Below, one piece after another: positions 1 through 10,400 of a DNA stretch of 64,000 nucleotides (positions within the stretch are counted from its first letter, which is position 1; each line of letters opens with the position of its first letter). Source of the DNA: an uncultured virus (IMG/VR IMGVR_UViG_3300027373_000191) (taxonomy: Duplodnaviria > Heunggongvirae > Uroviricota > Caudoviricetes); the IMG/VR virus record IMGVR_UViG_3300027373_000191; one strand, written 5' to 3'. Both the position numbers and the translations under genes were made by a program. Below the pieces are notes generated by a model, which was not told the DNA's origin, did not search any database, and was given only the letters and a program-made list of their open reading frames with translations.

Positions 1-1
1 A

Positions 2-949
2 GGCATTCTCGTTGCTGATGGCCTCTTTAATATTATCATTGTCAATAAAAGCTTCAAATTTTATCTCTTCGCCAGCCTTAACTACATCTGCATCTGTATT
101 CTCTATTACATCAGATAAATTATTATCTTTGTCATCAACAAAAAGGACAGATCTATTTTTAGGAATAAATATATCCTTAGGAAGGTCTTGTGCAATAACG
201 ATAATGTCGTTAAATAATTCAAAAATTCCAAACATCTTCAATAAAAGAATAACTGGCTGTTTTTCATGACTTTCAGATTCATTCTCAGAATGAGAAATCA
301 TACCTACATCTTTGCCCTTTGCTCTTAATTTTAATAATGTTTCTCTTACTCCGCTCATTAACTGACATATATTGCCCTTTGAGTCTTTTATCGTATTCTC
401 ATCTATTTTATAGAAAGGAGGATACATATCTCTAGCGCAAGTTCCTTCCCAAATCGTATTATCTGCATCAAAGATGATAAGGTCATATTTTTTTATATCA
501 ATATCTTGCTTTTCAGCATAACATTCAAAACCTAATTGGCCCCATGCAGATAGGATATCATTTATTTTTTCCTGATTATTATTTAACCAATACTCTGAGG
601 CTTTTAAATTATTTGTCGAAAAAAGAGGAGATAAAGCAGATATTGATTTTATTTTGAAATTTTTTATTTTAATAGGATCATTTTTTTCTATAATAAGGGT
701 AGACGCAAGTTTGCTTATAAAGTCATTGTTTTTTTTAAGAAATAGTCCATCAAGATCATCAAGGGACTCAAGTATCTTGAGATAGTTAGATGCATTTTTA
801 TGTTTAAAATACTCAACTTGCCTAAGTCTTTCGTCCGCATCTTTCTTGGAATCGTATTCTCCAAGATTTTTTTTACCTGACTCATCAGTTACTTTCCATT
901 TATTTTTTTCTTTTTTTATTTTTGATGTTTTATACCAATTAAATTCCAT
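2..949 (-). CDS. HAD-superfamily (MDP-1-like) phosphatase with N-terminal NWYK motif; runs off the window edge
   Basis: Not in the ORF track. Manual translation from the ATG at 949 gives MEFNWYKTSKIKKEKNKWKVTDESGKKNLGEYDS...; HAD motif I LIIFDADNTIWEG, motif II-like ISHS, motif IV LFVDD; no stop before base 1. Confidence 0.8.
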   Translation of the reverse strand, partial: MEFNWYKTSKIKKEKNKWKVTDESGKKNLGEYDSKKDADERLRQVEYFKHKNASNYLKILESLDDLDGLFLKKNNDFISKLASTLIIEKNDPIKIKNFKIKSISALSPLFSTNNLKASEYWLNNNQEKINDILSAWGQLGFECYAEKQDIDIKKYDLIIFDADNTIWEGTCARDMYPPFYKIDENTIKDSKGNICQLMSGVRETLLKLRAKGKDVGMISHSENESESHEKQPVILLLKMFGIFELFNDIIVIAQDLPKDIFIPKNRSVLFVDDKDNNLSDVIENTDADVVKAGEEIKFEAFIDNDNIKEAISNENA

Positions 950-971
950 TTTTTTTACCCTTAATAGAAAG

Positions 972-1007
972 AATCTCTCTAGTAAAATACAATTTACTAG
1001 AGAGATT
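972..1007 (-). terminator. perfect 15-bp inverted repeat (terminator or regulatory hairpin)
   Basis: AATCTCTCTAGTAAA-6nt-TTTACTAGAGAGATT between two minus-strand genes; the following T-tract is weak. Confidence 0.5.
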
Positions 1008-1031
1008 TTCCTTTAATTAATAGATAATAGA

Positions 1032-1403
1032 TTACATTTCTTGGTTTATGAATTTTTCTAGTCTAAGAACGTCAAATGGGCTTAAAGAGATATTTTCTAG
1101 ACTAGATATAGGAATAGGTTCGTAATCTATATCTAATTCTTCTTCAAGAAGAGTATTGAACTCTTTTGAGAAATCAGCAACACTATCGCCACTTACTTCT
1201 GTATTGCCATTTTCTTCGTTCTTTTTACCATATTTTTCAACCAATTTTATTCTATGTTTTTCAATTATCTGCAACTCTGGATCGAGTTCCTTTATTAATT
1301 TTGTTAATCTGAAAGAGATTCTGATCGGAAGCTCTCTCTCTAATAATTTACCTATAGAATCTTTTGAATTGAGTATTTCTGATAGTTTGATTTTCATATA
1401 CAA
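1032..1403 (-). CDS. phage protein, DUF1617-like
   Basis: LPIRISFRLTKLIKEL...RIKLVEKYG pattern typical of this small phage family; AGGAG RBS next to the start. Confidence 0.6.
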   Translation of the reverse strand: MYMKIKLSEILNSKDSIGKLLERELPIRISFRLTKLIKELDPELQIIEKHRIKLVEKYGKKNEENGNTEVSGDSVADFSKEFNTLLEEELDIDYEPIPISSLENISLSPFDVLRLEKFINQEM

Positions 1404-1447
1404 TCTCCTTTGTTCGGTGTTTTCTTTTTTTTATATACGATTTTTAA

Positions 1448-4400
1448 TTATTTATCTTTAATCTTATACCAATCTTTAGACACTTTACTTATTCTTTTTA
1501 ATTCATTATCCCATGGCTTAAAATCAAGATTGCTAAGTTCTTCTAATTCTCTTTCGGTTAATCCTAGATACTGAGACATACCTCCTGTGGCATGAGCCGT
1601 ATTCAACCCTATTGTTAGGGCTATCATTCTTTTCTTTATATCATTTGAAGATAAGGAATCTTCTATCAGTTCTTTAGTATCGTTTATTCTTTTTATTGTT
1701 TTCTGAATAGCATTGACTCCTTTCTTATTATTTATGGTACTGGCCCATTGATCATACCCTGATGTTTTGGCGACTTCCTCGAAAACATAATAAAAAGGCC
1801 CTTGATACAAATGTATTTGATTTTCTCTGATAATTTCCGGTATTTCATATATCTCTGTCGGGGTCTCAAATATAAAAAATTCCCACCAATCATCGGGCAT
1901 AAAATTTTCTATTGCTTCTTTTATCTGGTATGGTTTTAAAGATAAATTAAAATCACTTGTTTCAAATCCATTGTTTGTTAAATAATCGGCAAATTCAGAA
2001 TCAAGTCCACTTTGTTCTATTTCTTCTTTTGCTATTTGAATTTGTTCAATTTCTGTTTTTCCTTCAAATTCGCTAGAATCAAAATAATCATGATTAAGAA
2101 ATGAAATAGCTTCCTCAAGTCCTTTTTTTGTATCTAAAATTTTATGAAGACTTCTGCTTAATATAATATTTTCAATGGATGTTCTCAGAGGATTCCCATA
2201 TTTATCATATCCTGTAATTTTATCTAAATTTTTTGAAATTTCTTCCGATAATTTTTCCAAAACATTTTCTTTAATATCAATATTAAAGAGAGAATTGCCT
2301 TCAGAACCTTTATTCATAAGCAATCCTTCAAGATGAGATCTAAGCCATCCTGATTTAGTATGATCATTTACCCAAGAAGTATATACTGATTTCATTTTAT
2401 TTAATATTTCTTTAGATAATAATTCTAATCTTTCTTTCATTTGATAATATTTTGGAGTATTATTCAAATATTCTCTTTTATCTAAATCAAACAACATATA
2501 TTCTAATTTATGTATCTCTTCAATGGGTTTAGTGTCTAGTCTTGTCCAAATAGAAGTTGGATCTTCTGATTCTTCGTCATCACCATATTCGTCACTACTG
2601 TTATATTCTTCGTTAAACTGAGATTTTTTATACCAATTGTTTTTTGTTGAGCTATTTTTTTTTATCTCGTCATCTACTATTCCTATTATTTCTACGGTAT
2701 CTCCAGAATATACTCGATATTCTCTTTCAGCAGGGAAAAAAGTTCCAAATGTATTTGGTTTTGATCTTAATTCAAGAATTCCTATTTTACTGACATCTAT
2801 TTTCGATAAAGCATTGTCATCATTAAAACCAAACCAAGCATATTCCATTCCGCCAGCTTCCTGCCTAAACAGGGCAAACGCCTTGTACAATCCCATTGAA
2901 TCCCTTATTCTTTCTTCTTCATTCATATCCTTTAAAAAAGAGTTAGAATATTCCCTTCCGTCTCCTCCTCTCCAGACGTTTTTGTCTTCTTCGTCAAGTA
3001 AGGAATATCCCTTATCCAACATTTCTTCTACTGGTTCTATAAAAAAATTCTCTATCTTTTTCCCTCTTAAGAAATATTTTAATGGTCCAAAACTTGACTC
3101 GAAATATTTTTCTATTTCATTATAATATGGCCTTTTGGCTCCTGTCCCCATCTTAGCCATTTTTATCATTTCTTCTGGAGATAAATCACCATTTGCTGTT
3201 CTTGCTCCTTCAACTAGATTAATTTTTATAGAACGAGCATAATCTATATCTGTCGTTAAGCTGATGGAATTACTTTCTCCACCACCCAATCCATTTGCCT
3301 CTTTAACCCCCAGATCATCCCTAGTCTTCAACCCTAATTGCATAACCTTGTCCATAGCAACAGTAACATGGTACAAAATATCTGGAAGAGGTTTGAACTT
3401 TTTTTTCAAATCAAGTGGGTAAGGATATCCATTTTCTATTGCATCTTCAACAGAAATGAATCCCATTGAAATAGCTGACAAAATGCTATTCGTCCACATC
3501 GTTTCCTTTGTGCTTAATTCTTTTCTAGCAATACCCCAATCTTCCTCTCTTCCAGAAGAAATAACATTTTCGTAGTTTTCTAGAAGTATTGGGTCTGTCT
3601 CACCTAGGAAATCTTTTTTGTTCATTTGCCAAGGTTCTAAAGCTGAGGTTTTATACCAATGAGTTGTTTTTGCTGTTTTGTTTCCATAATTATATTCTAA
3701 CCATAGCATGGCTTCGTCTTTATTATTGAATTCTCCTCTAATTTGAGACTCCCAAGCATGATTTATTATTTCTCCAATGTGAGGTCCGCCATTTCCGCCA
3801 ATAACACCAAGGATATCATTTCCATTGATAAAACTTATTTTTTGCCGAAGATAATTCATTGCAACGGCCAAAGCTTGGTCTTTATTTTTCACAGAACCCT
3901 CTAATTGTTTTTTGTAAGAATATATTAATGCTTCTCCAAGAAATTTATTTCTAGGTGCTGATGGATAAATTTCTAAGATATCCTTTCCTTGAATCAATGG
4001 TTGTGCTTTATTTTTATAAACATTTTCCTCTTTTGCAAGATCAACCATTCTTTGCGCACTATCAGGCAATCCTCCTTCAAGTGGCGGTCTTCCACCCATA
4101 TCAGATCTAATGACCATTTCTAATTGTTCAATAGTCGCTGGAAATAAAGATTCAGCTATCTGCCTAACATTAACATTTTTTGATTTTTCATCAAAATCAA
4201 TATGCTTCATATGACTACCAACAAGAGGAACAACTTGATTTATTATATTTTTTTGTATACCAATTCTCTCTAAAAAAGTTTTTGTTAGTGGAACACTTTC
4301 TTCTGCGTGTCCATGAGAAGTTACTCTCTCTACTCCATCTTTCATCTCTCTTTTTGTTGTATTCGCTTTCCCTAAATCATGACACAAAGCACTGGCTAGG

Positions 4401-7400
4401 AGAACTGCTCTAGATTCCCCTTTAATTCCTCTCTCATCAGCTATTACAGCAGCAGCATCCATAACATGGGCTGTATGGACATCAACAGAACCACAGGGGT
4501 GCCAAATAGAATCTTGTTCAACATCGACAATCCCTTTTAATTCTGGATAGTTATCAATCCATTCAGTATCAATAAGATATTGAATAATTTTACTTGGGTA
4601 TTTACCTTTAGTAAACATCTTCATCCACTCTTCTTTAACTCGTTCGATAACTAATGGTTCGTTTTTTAGTGTTGCCGCCATTTTAGCTGTCTCAGGTTCG
4701 ATATTAAATCCAAATCTGGATGCGAATTGCATCCCGCGAAGTACGCGAAGCGGATCCTCAGCAAAGGCTGGACTTGTTGCCCTTAGAATTTTATTATTCA
4801 AATCTTCTATTCCGCCAAAATAATCATGTATTTCATGAGTAAGAGGATCATAAGCTAAACTATTTATGGTAAAATCTCTTCTTGATGCTGCTTCTTTAGG
4901 CTGAATTGATGGATCAAATTCCATCTCAAAACCACGATGACCCTTCCCTATTTTATTATCTCTTCTAGGAACAGAAAAATCATAATCATTACCATCTTTA
5001 TCAACAAACTTTATTACACCAAAAGCCTGTCCGACAATATCTACTCTCCCATATTGTTTTAGCATCTTTACCAAAGATTCATAATTTGCGCCATATACTT
5101 CAACGTCAATATCTTTTGACTTATTACCTAGAAAAGCGTCTCTTACGGCACCGCCAACAATCAACGATTGATATCCATTTCTTTTGAATGTTTCAAATAT
5201 ATCTATAAGCCCACTTGGGATAGGAATATCTAAATCAATTTTATATTTTCCTTCATTTTGTGCTACTTTATACCAATTCTTCATGTCACTCTCTTTTGTT
5301 TTACTCTTTGTTTTTGCAAATAAAGGCTGTCCATTATAAAGGATGTCTTCTTTCATTTTTCTCGATATAGGAAGATAATAGTTTATCGAAAATTTATCTT
5401 GACCTTCAGGTATCTTAATCCTAGACAGTTCAACGCCATATTGCCTACCTATCTTCTTGGCTATAGAAGGGATTATTGTATCATAGAAATTGATCATTCC
5501 ACTACCGCCAATTTCAATATCTTCTCCCTGTATCTTTGTCTCTCCTTTATCAAGAATTCTTTCAGTCAATTCTTTGCCTATTACTTCTGTCATCCTTTTT
5601 CTTATTTTTTCTTTATCCCATCCATCATAATATGAATAATTTTCATCAAATACGGGCCTTCCATTAACGTCTATAACTGTCAATCTGTCTCTATATGCAG
5701 TACCGTCCATTTCCCTATAAGTCATAAAAGATATTTCATTAATTTTTTTTCTCAAAGAATATCTTTCTGCTTGTTGCTCCCCTGTTGTCCAAGAGATACC
5801 ATCAAAATCCTTTTCTGCTGCCCATCTAGCCATTCTTTTAAACATTAGACTAGCCCATGATTTTGTATCGGAAAATGGAGCTTCATCGACAGAATCTCCC
5901 TTTATTTTTTCTTTTTCAAAAGAAATTGTTTCATTAATATAATTTGGTATTCCAATATAATCATTTATCTCATTGCTCATTTTTTCATTTCTTGAAACAA
6001 AATTAAGGAAGCTTAGTATATCAAATGACGACAATCTGTATTTTGCTTCTTCCCATTCTCTTTTATCAGGATTGTTTTCTAGTAATGAATTGAAAGATTG
6101 TTTTATTTTATTATATCTTTTATCTAACTCTTTTTTATCACTTAGTTTATTATACCCGTTTTCTCTTCCCTCTTGATGCCAATCCGATTGTATTTCTTCA
6201 ATAAAAAATACATCGCCTTTATCTTCGTCCTTAATAGAAGAATATCTCGCATGAGATATAACATTTTGGGCATCAAAATGTTTATTATAATTTTTAGTGT
6301 TTATTGCAGGGTTTTTCCAAGTAAGAAGTAATTCTCCATAATTTTCAGATTCTTCTCCATTTAGAGAATATTCTTTATATTGATACTTTTCTTCGCCTTC
6401 TTTTTGATTTCCTAGAGCATCTCTTTCCGCTACTCCTTCCGCTTCATTTTCATCATTTTCTTCTGCTAATTCATCTCCATCTGGTGAGAAAACGAAATAT
6501 TTATCAACAATTGCGTCTAATCTAATTGTATAACCATATTCTCTATCGTTTTTTTCATACATGGAGATTTCTTCATCGTTCATTCTAAAATTTGCCTCTT
6601 CTCTGGCTTTTCCGTCATAATAACCTCCGAATTCTTCGAAATCTTCTTCTTCAGAATATTTTTCCATAGCTTCTCTGTAATATTCTTCAAACATATTTTC
6701 ATCAAAATCATTTTCTACTGGTTCAAATTCTGTCCAATCTAAATGATTTTCTAATTCTTTATCTAATATTGGATGAACATCTTCTAATTTTATATTATTA
6801 TTATCTAGAAAATCTATTATTTCTTTTTTCTCCATCTTTCTGTCCTGACCTTCAATCCAATCTGTTATTCCTGACCACATTATTTCTTCTTTTTTCACAC
6901 CTAAATTCGAATTTAATAATTGTAGTAAAGATTTTGGAGAGTTTATTTTAGGAAGTTTTTTTTCTAATACTCTTTGTAGTTTTGAATAAAAAACTGGAAC
7001 ATATTCCCTTTGTTGTGCTTTTTTATACCAATTATTATTCTTTGAAATTCTTGCTGGTCCAGATTGCGAGTAAAATCTCTTAATATCGTTTATTACTCTC
7101 TTAGAGTTGACTCGGCCATTATTTCTTGGATCAGCACTTCCGTATAAGAAAGGTACTTTATTTCCTTCTCCAAAGCTAAGATCAAGATAAAGCTCTTCAA
7201 TTCCATTTACAGCAGATTCTATGGCTCTGTATTGATAAGCAGTCGGTTCCTTTACTATATCCATAGAACTTGATCTTCCGAAAGAGCATCTAATTATTCC
7301 CAGCATCATGAAATTATTTAAACCTTCATACTGCGAATCTGATTCTGGAAAATATTGGGCCATTTCATGATGATCTAAACCTCTGCCGCCACTCCCTCCA

Positions 7401-10400
7401 CCAGACATATCTAATAATGATCCATCAGGAAGAATAAAACCTGCCTCATAGATATTATTTGTCAATCCATAATCTTTTTTTGCTTGTAATATTGGATCTG
7501 TTTTTCTTTTGTTATCAGAAACACCCAGTGGTCCATATACAGATACAAAAGCGTTATAATGATCTGGAAAGATATTTCTATCTATACCTCCGCTTCTATT
7601 TGTTAGTCTAAAGAATATCTCTTTAGTGTCTTCTCCTCCCCTAAAATCATAACCATCGGCGTTCATCATGTCATTTATTCTAGACCAATCATCATCTGAT
7701 ATTTTATTCAAATCTTTAATTGTTATTTTTTTATCAGCACTTTTATACCAATTATTGCTTTTTGAATATTCTTTTCTTAATGCGTCTTGAACTGAATCTG
7801 GGAACATATCTGGTTGTTTAGGAGCATTCCTTCTTCTTTCTTCTACTTTTTTAATCGTTTCCAGTCTCTGCTCTTCTTTATTTCTTAATAATGCTTTTTC
7901 CTGTTCTATTTCGTTATCTTTTTTCTCTTTTTTATTCATCAAAGAAATATATGCTTCTCTTGGGATCTCGGCGGTAAGACTTCCATCTAATTCGACTCTT
8001 GTGTCTATATCATCGCTTTTTACAAAAACAAAGACTCTACTTCCGGGATCTCCTATTCCGACAGAATAACCGCCTCTAGTTTCTTTTATATACGCATTCC
8101 TTACTTTATTATGAGTAAAGACATTTTGAGACATTTCTCTTTGTGCGATCTTGTACCAAGATTTTTCGTTTTTTTGTAAAAATATAAAATCAGGTCCATA
8201 TTCTTCGTTCATATCTGAAATAAATTTACCAGCATCTTCCGCTTCTTCTGGAGTTACTTTTTCATTTTTATCGTTATATTGCCAAACAGCATCTTCTGAT
8301 TTTTTATTAGTCATTATCTTTTGAACTTCAAAAAAAAGATCAGTGGGAATAATCCTAGAAAAAATCGGGTTTTTCTGATAAACATCCATATTGCTATTCC
8401 AAGGTGGCGAAAACAATAACATTGATAATTGCCAGATGTCTGTTGGAATATTAAAATCTCCCATATTATTACAATAGGGTCTTACTTCTGATTTTACTCT
8501 TTCATTTCTTACATAACTATCTACTATTTTCTTTGCGTTTAAAATAAAATCTGAATAATCTTGTCTTTTTTCAAGATAAGAAATATATTCATCCCTTTTC
8601 CTTGGATACCATTCTTCAACTTTTTCTGGTGGAACAGCTTCTTCTTTAAAATCATATTTTCCATTTTGTTTCGTTTCGTTTAATACCTTAGAAATTTCAT
8701 CTTCTACTTTACCTCTCAACATTTTCCCCATAAAATATGACGTAAATATAGAAGACATTAACTTAGCCTTTTGTTCAACATTCATTTCATAATTTGCCGT
8801 TTCTACTGCAATCTCATTAAGAATATCTCCACTTTTAACCTCAGCCTCTTCTTTGGATAATCCATAAAACTCCATAGGAAAACTTTCAACAATATCTGAT
8901 TTTATTTGGAAAATTAGTCCTGTTTCTAAATTTTTATTTCCTTCAATTTCTTTTAAAAAGAAATCATACAATCTATTGCGTATAAAACCGACATTACCAA
9001 AATTTATGGCAGCTATTTCTGATGGCGATGTTAGCCATTCTGAAGGACTATCCCCAGAATTACCAAAAAAACCCATACTTGTCATCATAGAATGAGAAAC
9101 TTCATGCCAAAGAGTACCTTCTTCTTGAAAAGATAATTGTTGATATTCTGTATTATCTAGTCCAATAATATTTTTTATTTGCTTTTCTGTATCATCATCT
9201 ATTACTTTTCCAGTGTAAACAACTATTGCGGGAGAATCAATTAAAGAGTATTTTGGAGCATAAAATCCAGATACATTATCTGGTAAATGATCAAAAGAAT
9301 TGGCCTCTTCACTAAATTCGTTCATTACAAATTCATTTATTTTATTTCTATTAATTAGAAATATTTTTGTATCCATAATTTGATCATATGCAAACTCAAA
9401 AGAAGAAAGATATTTACCTTTCTTATGATCGTAACCTGCATTGTCATTTTTTGGTAAAATTTTAGATATCATATCATATATATATGAATATAAATTTGGA
9501 AAATCTTTTAATTCTTTTTCTGTACCATATTTTTTTATTATTTCTGGAAATTTTTCTTTTATTTTATTAGAATCATTGTTTTTCTTAACGGTAATATCTT
9601 CATATAACTTATTTTTCTCATCTTCAGTGAACCCGTCTCTGCAAGCAATATTAAAATGTACTTTTAAAGCATCCGAAGGATATTTTAGAGCGCGATCAAT
9701 GACGGCTTTTTTACTATATAACCCACTAGTTAATGTGAACCATGTGCAATTTTCTGAAAAATATTTATCTCTAATATCATTAGGAATATTGGAAATAATT
9801 TCTACTGCTAAATTATACCCTGTGTCTAATACTTGTTTCGATTGGTCAAAAGTATCTTGATTATAATCACCCTCATTAATAATATTTTTCATTCTTATTA
9901 TATATTTTTCAGCGACAAAAGAAGAGGCTTCACTCATTATTTCTTTTAATATTTCATTATCTTTAAGAGAAATTAAGAAAAGATTTTTATTTTGTGACTC
10001 AGATAATTTTTCATAAAACCATTTTTTAAAGTTATTTGATTTTTCCACTTGGTTCAAACCACATCCAACATAAGCGTCATGCATATATCCTCTATATGAA
10101 AAATCACTAGATATTGAACAATCTTCGACAACATTACCAATATCTCTTATTTCATTATTGGAATCAATCAAATATATCTTACCTAATTCTAATTCTGGTT
10201 TTAAATATTTGTATTTTTGTAACAACTCTTCTTGTGTAAGATGCTTATTTTCTTCTTCATAATTAAGTTCCTTATCTTCAATAATATAATAAAGAAGATC
10301 ATTTTCTACTGTTTCTTTCTTATAATTATCCTCATTTATAAAATATATTCCATAATCTCTATAATTTTCTTCACCATTATTTATATCTTTATTTATTTCA

